From positions 227,478,001-227,542,000 of the forward strand of contig OZ024742.1 of assembly GCA_964016885.1 (NCBI GenBank): 64,000 nt of DNA, given 5' to 3'. A program made the translations under genes and the position numbers. Below, one piece after another: positions 1-13,726 of the stretch; positions within the stretch are counted from its first letter, which is position 1; each line of letters opens with the position of its first letter. Below the pieces are notes generated by a model. The model was not told the DNA's origin, ran no database searches, and saw only the letters and a list, made by a program, of their open reading frames with translations. Origin of the DNA: Eledone cirrhosa (lineage: Eukaryota).

Positions 1-595
1 GACTTATGGAGTTATGTAGAACGGCTGTTGTCGCGTGTGGGACGGATCCGGCTATCGACCGAGTCCATAGTGAAGATCGCCCCACCACTTTTGGCCGGGA
101 AGGGCAGGCAGCTTTTCTCTGTCTGATAGCTGTAGCGAAAAAGGTTGTGTGGTGGACACATCTGAAAGGTCTGAAGACAGACACTTTCCTCTTCAGTCAA
201 GCTCTCGTCAACTTTTTCAAGTTCCACTTGGAAAGGAAGGTGAGAGTGAAGAGGGAAATGCTGCCACCCCGGATAATTTTTAAAAGGTGGTTGATTGATG
301 AAAGATGGCTCGTGTGAATGGGCCCACTCTGAGCATGCACCTGTAGGCTGGACAGATGGAGGGAGAGAGGGGTGCCCTTCTAGGGTGCTCTTAGCGATGA
401 GGGTAGGTTGTGATTTGTGGGATTCCTAACGTCAACCCTGGGTGGTATCCCACCCCCATTGGGGTATTCTGTTGTTGATATTTTTTTGTTAATTTTTTTA
501 ATATTGCATGTAAACCCCCACCGTCCCCGTCTTTGTAGTGTCCTCAATGTTCGGCCCTTGTGGCCAATAATAAAGAAATCATTATCATTATTACT
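1..595 (+). mobile_element. 3' end of Tx1/L1-clade non-LTR retrotransposon (ORF2 C-terminus, 3'UTR, polyA signal)
   Basis: ORF 6..317 ends AVAKKVVWWTHLK...FFKFHLERKVRVKRE...FKRW, matching the AK..IW...R.E....F...W pattern of Tx1 ORF2 ends; followed by AATAAA and an (ATC/ATT) microsatellite tail. Confidence 0.65.
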
Positions 596-650
596 GTGTC
601 TCCCAATTATCTCTTATTTATCTTTTGTCTTCTGTCTTCCTTTTCTATTT

Positions 651-791
651 TTCTTCTTCTTCTTCTTCTTCTTCTTCTTCTTCTTCTTCTTCTTCTTCTT
701 TTTCTTCTTCTTCTTCTTCTTCTTCTTCTTCTTCTTCTTCTTCTTCTTCTTCTTCTTCTTCTTCTTCTTCTTCTTCTTCTTCTTCTTCTTC
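651..791. repeat. (CTT)n microsatellite
   Basis: Direct inspection; source of the poly-F/L/S/R ORFs. Confidence 0.98.
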
Positions 792-1039
792 TATATCCAC
801 ACATTCCTTTCTTCATTGACTAACATGCAATCATCACCATTACCAACAGCACTCCCAAACAGCTCTACCTCCTCGCGCTCTCTCACTCTTTAGCGCTCTC
901 TCACTCTCTCGTGCACTTTCACTCTCTCTCGCTCTTTATCCATTCTCCACCATCACCGTCACTATCTCTCTTCCGCTTCTCTCTATCCATTATCCATCAC
1001 CTACCACCACCACCAACACTCGACCTCGTTCTCTCTCTC

Positions 1040-1421
1040 TTTATCCTATCTATTAATTATTTAATGTTAAAGTTATTTTTATGTAAAACCCCCGCCATCA
1101 CGTCGTGTAATGTCCCATTTTTGCACGCCCCTGTGGCAAATAAAGTAAAATATCTATCTATTAATTCTCTACACTCCTGCCACCACCATCTCCTCCTGTC
1201 CCTGTCTCATCATTCTCTCCTCTCTCTACCACGAACCATTCCATAAATAGCCCCACTTCTATGTCTTAAAGCACCGGGGTTTTTCTGATCTTTTTCGTCA
1301 TATTTAAAGACAATCATCGGAATTTATACAATTTCACTCCTCCTCCACACCTGCCCCATCTTTTTCTCAGTATCATGTTATCCCTCCTCTCCTCTCTCTC
1401 TCTTTCTCTCTCTCGCTCTCG

Positions 1422-1469
<48 letters not shown>

Positions 1470-1725
1470 ATCTCTCTATCTATCTATCTATCTATCAATC
1501 GACTAACTTTTTAAATTCCATTTGTGATAACATTTTACACGTTTTTATTGTATGTAAACTTCCCCCTTTGTATTTGTCCCCTTCTTTTGTGCCCCTGTGG
1601 CTAATAAAGAAATCTATCTATCTATCAATCTATCTAACTATCTACCTACCAACGTATCCATTTATCCATCATCATATATCTACCTATATATATATATATA
1701 TATAGGCATATATATATATATAGGC

Positions 1726-1776
<51 letters not shown>

Positions 1777-1935
1777 TATATCAATCTAGCCATCTACTCT
1801 TCTATCTGTCTATCTATCTATCTTAATTTTATATTTGTTATTTGTTTTCTTTACTCGCCTTTTTGTGTAAACTCCCCCCTTGTATTTGTCCCCTTCTTTT
1901 GCGCCCTAGTGGCAATAAATAGAAATCTATCTATC
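1040..1935 (+). mobile_element. Three further short 3'-end stubs of the same Tx1-like family, each ending in (CTAT)n
   Basis: Motif tgtaaa(c)..cccc...tgtccc...gccc(c)tgtggc.aataaa.aaat-ctatctat recurs at ~1080-1160, 1552-1630 and 1865-1935, as at 508-590. Confidence 0.6.
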
Positions 1936-1960
1936 ATATACAGTATATATATATATATAT

Positions 1961-2138
1961 AACGAAGGAAGTGTGGTATGGAACCAGATGGACCATAACA
2001 CACCAGAGTACTCAATACTTAGGGTAGTAGAGTGGGTAATAGGGAAAATGTTCAAGACCCCGACGGCAGAGCTCAGTCCAGAAATAGCCGTCGAAACGGC
2101 TTGAGCTCTGCCGTCGGGGTCTTGAACATTTTCCTTAT
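1961..2138. mobile_element. Fold-back insert in (TA)n: ~37-bp inverted arms plus left tail
   Basis: Arms 2039-2075 and 2102-2138 (ggaaaatgttcaagaccccgacggcagagctca / reverse complement); related fragment at 26015-26065. Confidence 0.8.
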
Positions 2139-2191
2139 ATATATATATATATATATATCAATCTATATATATATATATATCAATCTACATA

Positions 2192-2244
<53 letters not shown>

Positions 2245-2304
2245 GTCGGTCTATGTATATGTCTGTCTATTTCTCTCTTTCATTCTCTGTGTATATATAT
2301 ATAT

Positions 2305-2925
2305 GAGCGTCCACTCGGCTTCGCCCCGGTCTGTACTGTGCTCAAATCTATTCATAAGGCACCTATTGTCATCTGTCGTAATGTCCAATTTCCTTAGAAT
2401 AAAAGATGTTAAAAGGTATTTAAATATTGCATAACATAATTTTTTTAATGTATTTAGAATATCTAAATACAGAAAGTAATAAAGAAAATAACAGAAAAAT
2501 GTATGCTACAAAATTATAAAACATTTACAGAACTTCAGTATATACAATGTTTTAACTTTTTTTCTTTGGAGCATATATGAAGAGTTTGTGGGGTCTTCCT
2601 AGTCTGGAATAACCTACATACAATTGGCCATGTGAGAAACATCCCTCTTCTAGGTGGAGACCGACAACCTGCAGTGTTTTGCAATCATTTGAAACGAAAG
2701 GAGACATCTGTTGGTATTAGTTGCATTCTAGGTATAAATACGATGTCTCCTTACCACGTTCACTGAGGATTTTAGCTTCGATAATGTGAAGCTGTAGTTC
2801 AGTCATAACCATACGCATCTCATTGCACAATCTTGGCTGATCCAGATTTCTGAGAACCATGGTGACTGTGCCTTTCTTCAATTCAAGGTTGTGTGGCAGC
2901 ATACCGGACAGTTCCAACAATTTTG
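2305..2925 (-). mobile_element. Helitron relic: PIF1-type helicase C-terminus and 3' hairpin
   Basis: Minus-strand SGMLPHNLELKKG..MVLRNLDQPRLCN..IEAKIL and LQVVGLHL..CFSHGQLYVGYSR..KNIVYTEVL*; subterminal cggggcgaagccg hairpin near 2315-2328. Confidence 0.85.
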
Positions 2926-3219
2926 TGGATGGCTCATTTGTATATAGTGCAAGCTTGACGGGCTAGTATTTATTAGTGATGTCACAAATACAGCGTGATT
3001 CAGAGTAGAGACTATATGAAAGTATATGCATCATGTTTATTTATAATAAACATGCATATAGTCTCGCTGGTATGGTATATCATTAATCTCTCTTTGTGAT
3101 TATGTGTGGCATATAATGCCATTGTGTGAATAAATGTCTATGCTTGTGAAAGAATAGGTATATATTTGTGCTTGTGTGTGTGAATGTTTCAATGAGTGTG
3201 TGAATGTTTATGTATGTGT

Positions 3220-3530
3220 GTGGACGTAGCAGAGTCGAATAATTAAAAAGTTTACGCTTGGCAATCATTAGATTCCAGGTTTGATCCCTCTCAGTGGAAT
3301 CTTGGGGGAGTGTCATTTACCATAGCCACGGTTCGAGTCGTGTCTTGTGAAGGAAATATATTGTATATTTGAAAGCCCATCGGACTGACTGTACTTCAAA
3401 GGACCAGCCTTGTCACGCACTCTGCAGCGCTGAATCTCCTTCCGAATTACGTTAAGGGTACGTGTATCTGTGGAATGTTTAGCCACTTACACGTTGGACG
3501 AACTAGAAATCTCATCGTCATTCTGGGTTC
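3220..3530 (+). mobile_element. tRNA-headed SINE, family B
   Basis: Shared body (aaggaccagccttgtcac...gaattacgttaagggtacgtgtatctgtggaat) with copies at 9175, 14560 and 43865. Confidence 0.7.
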
Positions 3531-3856
3531 AAATTCCATCTCTAATTTTAATCCCTTACGGATCGATAAATAAAGTACCAATCCAGCACTGGGGTCGATG
3601 TTTTTGCTTATATGTATGTATGTACTGTAATACAGCCTGTTAATTAATCGTTCCTGTGTCAGTGTGGAACAAAAGGGCGACAATGGTTGCCGAGCACTGT
3701 CCTGCGTAATTCGGGCTGTTTGTTTACAAACAAACCGAACATTATAATAAATGTTCGGTAAACCCATACGTACATATATATATATGTGTGTGCATGTATA
3801 TATATATATACATACTACTGTACGTCTGTACACATATATGTATGTACGTATACATA

Positions 3857-3924
<68 letters not shown>

Positions 3925-4062
3925 ATCCCGACCGCAGCCCCAAGCCGTTTCGGCTTGGGTGTTCAGTTTTGTGTGTATGTTTGGGATTTTACCTAACTCT
4001 ACATCTCCCTATGCATTGAGTACTCCCATGATTAGTGATCTCACCGGTCTCAACACCGCTGA

Positions 4063-4169
<107 letters not shown>

Positions 4170-4189
4170 TTCTCAACACAATTGCATGC

Positions 4190-4635
4190 CAGGGGATATA
4201 GAATTACTCGGTTTGGTGCCCGAGCGCAGGGTTAGCCTCCCGGGAGTGAGAAACTCTCATCCTTGTTAGGACATTATTCTTGAAGGAAAACTAATGTGAA
4301 ACCTGTGACTCGATGACAGCAAAGATGTTGACCTGTTCTTCTTTTGGATACCTGTTACCGTTGTTCAGAGAGTGGGATTGGTCATGTGTAAGGCCTCTCT
4401 TCAATTAAAAAAGCTTCAAGTATAGGCATCACTTGAGCTAAACATCCTTCGTGTGTGTTGCATGAGCATGGATGGCCACAACTGAAAAAACTTTTTTTCC
4501 CCTTTCTTTCACTGCAGCATATACAGAAAGGAATGCATAACCTTGGCAGGGCTAAGAAGTTATGTTCGTGTCACCCAATGTTTCGGAAAAGGATCAAGTG
4601 ATGGCAATTCTTCAAGTCGAGATGCAGCGATCATG
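4190..4635 (+). mobile_element. Dispersed repeat, probably a non-autonomous LINE-derived element
   Basis: Homologous to 58478-59020 (ggagtgagaaactc..., gagtgggattgg..., caattaaaaaagcttcaa..aggcatcacttga). Confidence 0.55.
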
Positions 4636-5025
4636 TGTATATATATGTATATACATATATGTATAGCAAAGGTAAAACTCTATATACAAAGCTCAAATGT
4701 ATGTAGATAATTATATGTGATAGTATATAATAGCCACGTCGTTTCAGAATTAGCTCAATGTGTTTATATTATATTGGTCTGAAGAAAAGGTAGAATTTTT
4801 AGAAGGAAAGATGTGTGTGTGTGTGGATAGAGAGAAAAGCTTGGTGGAGAATCGACACCAATGTCGGATTGGTACTTTATTTATCGACCTGAAAAGGAGG
4901 AAAGTCAAAGTTGACCTCGACAGAATTTGAAGTCAGAACGCAGAGAGTCGGAAAGCGAAATATTCTATTCGACCTGCCAGTTTACCACGTTAACATAATA
5001 CAGCTGATAGTAAATTGACTAAAAG

Positions 5026-5035
5026 ACTACTACTA

Positions 5036-5079
<44 letters not shown>

Positions 5080-5113
5080 ACTACTACTGCTGCTGCTGCT
5101 GCTTCTGCTGCTG

Positions 5114-5193
<80 letters not shown>

Positions 5194-5209
5194 ACTGCTA
5201 CTACTACTA

Positions 5210-5247
<38 letters not shown>

Positions 5248-5355
5248 ACTGCTACTACTACTACTACTACTACTACTGATACTGCTGCTGCTACTACTAC
5301 GACTACTACTACTATTATTACTATTACTACTAAGACGACGACGACTGCGACTACG

Positions 5356-5391
<36 letters not shown>

Positions 5392-5757
5392 TCTGCTACT
5401 ACTACTACTGCTGCTGCTGTTGCTACTACTACGACTACTACTACTATTATTACTATTACTACTAAGACGACGACGACTACGATTACTACTACTACTGCTA
5501 CTGCTGCTGCTGCTGCTGCTACTACTACTACTACTACTGCTGCTACTACTACTACTACGACTACTATTATTACTATTACTACTAAGACGACTACGACTAC
5601 GAATACTACGACGACGACAACGACTACTACTACATAAAATATAGATGATAGTAAGTTGACAATACAAGGTAAAAACAACTGCAACATCAGCACCAACATC
5701 AGCACCAACATCAGCACCAACATCAGCAACAACATCAGCACCAACATCAGCAACAAC
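5026..5757. repeat. Compound (CTA)n/(CTG)n microsatellite followed by 12-bp (ACATCAGCACCA)n
   Basis: Direct inspection. Confidence 0.95.
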
Positions 5758-5871
5758 GTAAATAACACTAATCAAAATGACTGAAGCATTGATTTCCCGC
5801 CATTTTACCCCTTCTACTTCTATATATTTATTTATGAACATGACTATGTCTGTATGTTTATACACACACAC

Positions 5872-5955
<84 letters not shown>

Positions 5956-6125
5956 GGTGGGGTGGGGGGGGGGGGGTATTTATGTATTACAATCATTATA
6001 AATACTCTAGTGTAGCTGTGATAATGCCTGCTGAAAGAAACTTGCGCCGAATCAATATCCCTTATGGTTAAATCAATACCATTTTTGTTATAACCAATGG
6101 CGGGCAGACGACGACGAAGAAGACA

Positions 6126-6159
<34 letters not shown>

Positions 6160-6836
6160 CGATGACGATGACGATGATGATGATGACGATAATGGTGGTG
6201 GTGGTCATAGTGATAATAATGGTGCTGGTGCTGGTGTTGGTGTTGGTGCTGGTAGTGTTTGTGGTGTTTGTGGTGATGCTGGTAGTGGTGCAGGTGGTGA
6301 ACTCTATATCCGTTTAAAGACGACCGATATTCACCTATATATTCCAGAATATAGGAAGAGCGTTTCTCAATAAATAGCTATTAACTATAGTCGAGGAAGC
6401 CGGCTGTTGTGGGTGTTTGTCTGTTTGTCAGTACTCTACAATGCAATACAATACGGAACAGTACATTACAATACAATACATTACATATAGAACAATGCTA
6501 GATATAAAATATTCAGGCATCTTTCTCTCCCAATAATTTTATTACTTCCAAATAAACAGACGATAATAAAATCATCAAACACATTCGCTTCCATCACGTG
6601 TTGTTATTATTCTTATTGTTGTGTTGTTTTCTATGGATTTTTTCCTCCAATTTTTCTTTTTATTTCTGTTTTTATTTTTGTTGTTGTTGTCATCGTCGTT
6701 GTTGTTATTTAAGCCCAATCAAATATTAATGGAATTTAAGTAAATATCGTCGTTCAAGAATTTCTGTTTAGATGAAGAGAGACGAAATGTAGTAAAATAT
6801 CAAAATCTGGCTTGATTGAACTCACGAAGAACTCAC

Positions 6837-6909
<73 letters not shown>

Positions 6910-6998
6910 CATAGCTCTGTAATTAAATAGCCATGTACTATACATAGAGCACTCTTCTTTCCTTTACCTTTTCTATGGAAATACTTAACACAAACATA

Positions 6999-7087
<89 letters not shown>

Positions 7088-7149
7088 CTTGCTTAAGGAC
7101 ACAACATACCATTTGAGACATAGATCGAACTGAATTCTGAAGTGGCTTT

Positions 7150-7600
7150 TAAAAATGCCAAAATTATTCGATCTTAATAGTCCCGTAGGGTTTTGATGCG
7201 GTTTCTTTTCCCAACAAGACAAAATTTCTCTATAGTCATGGAGGACTTTATAGAGACGATAGCCTTCTGATTCTCTCAATTATTAACCAACAACAAACCG
7301 AAAGATTTCGAAAAGAACTTCGCAATTCCTTTAATAAAAACTTGGACTAAAAATTATAATAAAGTTTGACTGCAAGGTTGTCAAAGCTTCTTGGCGTTAC
7401 TTTAATTTCAATAATTCATACGTTTCTTCTAATTACGAATCACTTCACAACATACACAACGTTCTTACCATCCACAGAGTATCTTAAGCAATCTAGTTAT
7501 GACGATTTCTTTGAGTCTTTCCAACTTCTTCAATTTCAGAATGCAACAACGATTCATTGAAACTAAAATTTTCCGAAGAAACACAATTTGCTGAAACAAT
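7150..7600 (+). pseudogene. Degenerate Penelope-like (PLE) reverse transcriptase fragment
   Basis: GGLYRDDSLL at 7240-7269, then ERFRKEL..F...GLKII, FLGVTL and S(Y)HPQSIL across frameshifts; fits the GLYRDDGL...FLDVTL...SNHP motif order of PLE RT. Confidence 0.7.
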
Positions 7601-7989
7601 TCAGACAGTACTACATAGATAGTGATGGCTGCTTGCTACCAACTGGATTGTAGGGAACATGCATACATGGATCCTGAACTTCTGATTGAGTCGAAGAGGC
7701 GCCGTTATGATGCACAGCTTGTCTTAGATATTAAAAACCTCTGCAGGTCGGAACACGGTCGATTTCTTTTACAGAGAGAATGAAGGAAGAGATTTCTTCC
7801 GCACACAAAGAGAGAGAGAGAGAGATGAGGAATTAACCCCAGTAGTAGACTAGCACTTTGTTTATCGACCACGGTGAAAGGATAAAAGGCAAAGTAGACT
7901 TCGCCAGGATCAGGACATATAAATGTAATAGTTGGGTAATACAGAGACAGACAGTGATGGCTGCTGTCAGCTACCAATTGGACAGTAGG

Positions 7990-8180
7990 CACAAGGCCAA
8001 CACTTTGGGGGAAGGGAAAATTCGATTAATCGACCCCAGTACATTACTGGTGCTTTATTTTATCGACCCCGTAAGGATGAAAAAGGCATAGCTAACCTCG
8101 GCGGGATTTGAACTGAGAACGTAAATGGCCGTAAATCTATGCCGCAAAGCATTTTGTCCGACGCTCTACCGATACTGCCA
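7990..8180 (-). mobile_element. SINE family A (tRNA head, Meta/RUDI-like core)
   Basis: Core tactggt.ctttattttatcgaccccgtaaggatgaaa...cctcggcgggatttgaact, found more than 12 times in the window. Confidence 0.85.
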
Positions 8181-8853
8181 TGGTACAATAATACTATTTT
8201 AAATTTACTTTTAATCTCAGCAAGTGTTAACTCTTCCCGTGCGGAAAGAAAGCCCGATGAATCCTAAATACATAATATTATCTCTATGAAACGGCCATTT
8301 AGTCACACACACACACCAGCAAACGCAAAAGATTTAATACGTACACCCACACATTTAGTACACACACAAAACATTTAGTAAGTACACCTACACATTTAGT
8401 ACACACACAACTTATTCGGTCGAACTTCAAATGTCTAGTGGAGTTCATTGAAAAGACTTTCATTCAACTAAAACTAACAACACGGTGAATATATAACTGA
8501 ATTGTTATTTTAATACTATTTATACGGTATTAGCCATCACCATTGATCTCCAATTCTGCCAGTACAGTGAACACACCGTTGTCAGTAAGTAAGCCTTGAT
8601 ATAACAACAACAGCTGCAAGTCATATGCCACTTCTTATCTCAACTTCTTTGTTCTTATGATTCCAACATTTTCAGTGATATATGTGTGTCGTCTGGCTTT
8701 ATAAAACCCTATCTATGCCTTTCTGAATCTCTACTCGATGCAGTGTCTGTTTACTCTAATGTGTCTAACATATAGACCTCTGCGTAATAGAATTTCTACT
8801 CTGTGTATTGGGTGCTTTACAGAAATGTGGCTAACATATATACCTACCTGTAC

Positions 8854-9040
8854 CAGACCTGTCAATTCTCCCCGTTGGACGGGGAGATCTCCTACCCGCT
8901 TTGGAGTGGGTAAAAGATGTCTTCTCTTGTGAAAATAGATATAGCTTCATTGTGTAAAATTTCTCCATTTTGCCTCATTTCTCCCCGTTTTAGGGGCACT
9001 TTTTTTCATGGTACTGGAATTTTAGAGGTTGACAGGTCTG
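8854..9040. mobile_element. MITE with CAGACCTGTCAA TIRs and 6-bp TSD
   Basis: TIR cagacctgtcaa/ttgacaggtctg; flanks ctgtac/ttgtac. Confidence 0.85.
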
Positions 9041-9174
9041 TTGTACGTAATAAAATATCTATGCTGTGTGTGTTTACAGTAATGTGCCTAATACGAGATA
9101 TCGACCGCTAGGTTTTAGAACCTCTTCTATATATAGTATGTGTTTACAGTTATGTGGCGAACACATATGTGAAT

Positions 9175-9535
9175 GCAGTATGGCCGAATAGTTAAGAATA
9201 GTTTGCATTATAATCATTAGATCTTGGGTTTGATCACATTGCATGGCATCTTGGGCAAGTATCATTTACCATAGTCTCGAATCGACTTAAGTCTTTTGAG
9301 TGAAATTCGGTAGATAGAAACTGCTTGGAAGCCCGTCAGATGGACTGTACATATAATTCAAAGGCCAGCCTTGTCATGCAGTGTGTCACGATGAATCTTC
9401 CTAAGAATTACGCTAAAAATATACGTATCTGTGGAATATTCAGTCACTTACACGTTGATTTCATTAATAAGCTGTTCCGTTGATCGAACAACTGGAACGC
9501 TCATCGTCGAAACCAGTGGAGGCCTATTCCATTCC
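9175..9535 (+). mobile_element. SINE family B
   Basis: A/B-box-like head, ttgggcaagt core, body shared with 3220, 14560 and 43865. Confidence 0.75.
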
Positions 9536-9665
9536 TAACCTCTACGTCTTAGAATCTCCACTATATATAGTGGATATTTACAGTTATGTATGCCGGGTAT
9601 ATAAAACCTGCATATAAATGTAGATGTTATACAGTGATATTTTTTTACTGGAATACATAAACAGG

Positions 9666-9945
9666 TGAAGGCGCATGGCTTAGTGGCTTGCAATCGAAAG
9701 GTTGTGAGTTCAATTCTCGGACCGGGTGATGTGTTGTTTTCTTGAGCAAGACACTTTATTTCACGTTGCTCCAGTATTTTCAGCTGAAAATGAGTACCAG
9801 CAATAGCTGGAGATTTAACCCTGCGATGGACTGGCGTCCTGTCCAGGGGGGAGTCTTGTACTCTCAGTCGCTTCACGCCATGAAACCGGGATAAGCACCG
9901 GCCAAATGAGCCTTCTGGCTTAAGACAGACTTTAGACTTTTTTTA
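9666..9945 (+). mobile_element. SINE family C (tRNA head, CORE-like and V-like segments)
   Basis: ggcgcatggcttagtgg...gagttcaattc head, cttgagcaagacact core, ccctgcgatggactggcgtcctgtccagggg segment; related heads at 28805 and 48125. Confidence 0.75.
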
Positions 9946-9955
9946 GATACATAAA

Positions 9956-10150
9956 CAGACCTGTCAACTCTCCGCGTCCGACGGGGAGATCTCCCACCCA
10001 CTTTGGGGTGGGTGAGAGATGTCTTCTCTTGTGAAAATGGGTATAGCTTTGATTATGTAAAATCTCTCCATTTTGCCTCATTTCTCCCCGTTTTGGGGCA
10101 CTTTTTTTCATGGTACTCCCCGTTTAGGTTTTTAGAGATCGGCAGGTCCG
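9956..10150. mobile_element. Second copy of the CAGACCTGTCAA MITE
   Basis: Very similar to 8854-9040; perfect 6-bp TSD cataaa (9950-9955 / 10151-10156). Confidence 0.85.
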
Positions 10151-10641
10151 CATAAATCTCTACATTTTAGGGGAGCATATTTTAAGGAAACTTTAGAACT
10201 GCTCAAATCTCTGCGGTAGCTCCCTGATACAGTATTTGATAATCTCTGAGTCTGAAAAGTATTTGTAATGGCTATTTTTTTTAAAGTGTGAATGTTTTAA
10301 GTCTTTTAACCATCATTTGCCATGTAAACTCATATAGTATTTACAAAAATGTAAACTTACTGCACAAAATTAGATTTAGAGCTACACAAGCAGGAGTCAA
10401 TTGCGCGTTAAACTAATCACTGAAGCTCGGCTCTATATTTTAGAATGATATAGCTCACCTGTTTTAGAAGCTCTGTGTAGTGGAGGTTTTCTAGAGTGAT
10501 GTGCATGGTTTATAAAACACTCAACGTTTTAGCATCTCTACTTTATATAGTAAAGGCAGTGTGAACTGGCAGAACTGTTAGGACAAGGGTTCTCAAAGTG
10601 GGCGCTACCGCCCCCGGGGAGGGGGGGGGGCTTAAGAAGAG

Positions 10642-10677
<36 letters not shown>

Positions 10678-10909
10678 ACTCACTCTCTCTCTCTCCCTCT
10701 CTGCTTTTAGCTACTACACTTTGGGTGTTCTGAGAATCATGATCGAGAAAGTATGTATCTGCTTACGACAACATGGGCACCTAAAACCATACAAAAACAC
10801 TACATAGCTACCTGGCTACCAAGTCATACTCAATTGCGGGTGACGACTATTCCTTTGTTTATCTTAACTGACCTAGTGTATAGGATAAATATGAGTCACG
10901 TAGTAAATA

Positions 10910-11212
10910 CAGTGAAACCTCGCTTCACGAACGACTCAAACAAATTTGTTCACGAACGATTTTTCCGAACAGAAAACGTCTCGGCTCACAAACGGTGTCT
11001 CAAGTAACGAACACGCAAGCCAACAACGACGGTTGGGAAGCAGCGTGTAGTTAGTTACTATGGTGATACCTATCTGTCTTTCGCACACAGTCTCTCTCTT
11101 TCTCACTATATTTCTGTCAAAATTTATGCAACATTTAGTTTCGGATTACGAACATTTCGAGTGACGAACAACCTTCAAGAACGAATTAAATTCGTGAGCC
11201 AAGGTTCCACTG
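10910..11212. mobile_element. Tigger/pogo-type MITE
   Basis: TA|cagtgaaacctcgcttcacgaa ... ttcgtgagccaaggttccactg|TA. Confidence 0.85.
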
Positions 11213-11557
11213 TATATGGATATTTAGTATTTCACATGGAGGGACTGAAGGGAGGGAGGTAGTAGGGCAGGATGTTGGGGGAGAAGGGGGATGTTGGTGA
11301 AGTATTAAATCTATGTATATTTAGTATTTCAGATGAAGAGACAGAGTGAAGAAGAGGAGTAGTGGAGGAAGATGGTTGAGGGTAAAGGGTAGGAGGAGTC
11401 GTGGTGGGTGGGTGTAGGAGGTAGACCTCCAGTTATAGGGTGCAGACATTATAGGTAATGTATGTGGGGTTTGGTTCTTTCTTCTTTCGCTGACTGACTA
11501 TATATTCATGCTTTGATGTTAGCGCGTGGGAGTGTGTATGTGTGTGTGTGTATAAAA

Positions 11558-11601
<44 letters not shown>

Positions 11602-11835
11602 ATTTATGTATATGTATGTATGTATATTTGCATGTATGTATATTTGCATGTATGTATATTTGCATGTATGTATATTTGTATGTGTTCTTATATGGTTTCA
11701 GTACCTGTAAAGAATAACAGGGTTTCTAGTAAAACTATTTAATTTAATAATTATATAATTATATTTTAGATAAAGACTTTTGAATGCTCAAGTTTCCTCT
11801 TCTCACCCCAGTGGCCATAACCATGTGTTATTTTG

Positions 11836-13058
11836 TTGGGTTGGGCAGAAAATTTCCACCGTTTTTCAAAAGGATCTATTTTGAGTTTTCTGGAAATGTT
11901 GAAGGTTACGCATGCGCACATATATATGAAGTGACATTGATATGCACTAAATGTATTCCTCATTTTCTGTTACGCTATCAAAGGGGAAATAATATGGATT
12001 TATCCAAATCCTTTGTTCGTGACTGTTTACTTAATGACTTTAAATCTGACCTGAGTACAGCAGCATCGAGTCGTCGCATTAACAATGCATTTGGGTCATT
12101 ACAATGTCTGAACTCAGTGCCAAGAACTTGTTGACACGCTTCCGTTCCGGTGATTACAGCCTTGTAAATCGACTTCGCCAGAACGTCCATTCGACGAACA
12201 ACTGCGTGAGTTGGTGGAGGCCGACCCACGCCATACATCAAGTCAACTCTCTGAACTGCTTGCGGCATCGAAAAAACCCTCATCCTCAATCACTTGTATG
12301 CAATAGGGAAGGTGTCCAACTTGGACCAGTGGGTGCCCGACAATCTGACTGACCGTAATCATGAATGTGGGGCGGCAGTTGTGACTTCTCTGCCCACCTA
12401 CCATCGCACAGCCAATTGGTTACGTTCCATTATCACTAATGATGAAAAGTTGTGTTTCTCCATTATTGTCAAGCACAAGCGATCGTGGGTTGATAAAAAG
12501 AGTGCGTCACATCGGCAAGCAAAGGCTGGCCTCCACCCTCGCAAGGCCCTACTGAGCGTCTGGTGGGGTGGAAAGGTGTCATCCCCTACGACCTGCTCCT
12601 ACCGAACATCAGCATAATCTTAACAGATTAGCGGCGAAAATCGCACAGGTGTGTCCACACCATGGTCCTGTTTGGTTCCTTTATGATAATGCTCGGCCGC
12701 ATAACTCAAGGGTGGTCCATGAGAAGCTGCTGGAGCTAAGTTGGGAGGTTCTGCCCCACCTGAAGTATTCGCTTGACTTCGCACCAATAGACTATCACCT
12801 TTTTTTTATTTCAATGAGCAATGCAATTCAATCAAAGACCTTCACTAAAGAAGACCAGTTAAATCAATGGCTGACGAAATTCTTTGCATCGAAGCCAGAA
12901 GAATTCTTCAGGGATGGAATCATGCGTCTTCCTAAACGATGGCAGACGCTAATCACAAATGATGGCGATTATTTTGACTTGTGAAATTTTCCTAATGTTA
13001 AAAAACGCCAAAGTCAATAAAAATCTGGAAAACGGTGAGAACTTTCTGTCCAACCTAA
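11836..13058 (+). mobile_element. Full-length mariner (DD34D) with frameshifted transposase (ATG 11994 to stop 12984)
   Basis: ~30-bp TIRs ttgggttgggcagaaaatttccaccgtttt / aaaacggtgagaactttctgtccaacctaa; motifs WVP, ITNDEK, DNARPH, YSLDFAPIDYHLF. Confidence 0.93.
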
Positions 13059-13609
13059 TGCATTCATTTTAAAATCAATTCCAATAACCCCCCCCCCCCT
13101 AATTTCTGTAACCATTATTAAACATACGTCTATTAAATTAGGCCTGGAGAGCCATGGGCTCCGCCAGGCTTAAAATGCCCAAGAAACGTCGTCCCTACGA
13201 CTCTATCAGGAGTTACGGGACCATACTCACACACATACCATACATCTATTAAATTACGATGACTTTATTCTACATATCTATCTTTGTCTTCGAATTGCTA
13301 TCGGGATTCGTAACTTGTTGTTATTGTTGTTCTCGTCTTTTTTTTTTTCATTTCCTATTCTCTTCCCTCAGCTTGTTGATACTTGCTCAGCTACTAGTCA
13401 CTAATTTATGACTCTTCTTTCTTTCATTTCCTCACTTCGAAAGAGACAAGACATGTTTGTCTGCTCTCCGCTAAACTTACATTTTTTACGAAGGTCTTTA
13501 TTTCCCTCCTTCCTATCTAAACTATAATAAAGTAAGGAGTGCAGGATTGTGTACGGTTTATTTCTTTTAATCCAGTTAGTAAAATAAGTTGGATTACTTT
13601 GAATAAATA

Positions 13610-13726
13610 ATTGTTTCTGTTTTAGGCACAAGGCCAGCAATTACCCAGTACATTACTGGTACTTTATTTTATCGACCCCGTAAGAATGAAAGGCAAAGTT
13701 AACCTCGGCGGGATTTGAACTCAGAT
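13610..13726 (-). mobile_element. 5'-truncated SINE family A with ~18-bp TSD
   Basis: Core motif; ttactttgaataaataat directly repeated on both sides. Confidence 0.85.

Noticed and set aside
8250-8305. ccgatga...gaaacggcc hammerhead-like string
   Set aside because: Core mutated and stems I and II cannot be formed
13475-13520. Possible 36-41-nt minus-strand microexon (DRKEGNKDLRKK)
   Set aside because: Supported by splice signals only; plausible by chance
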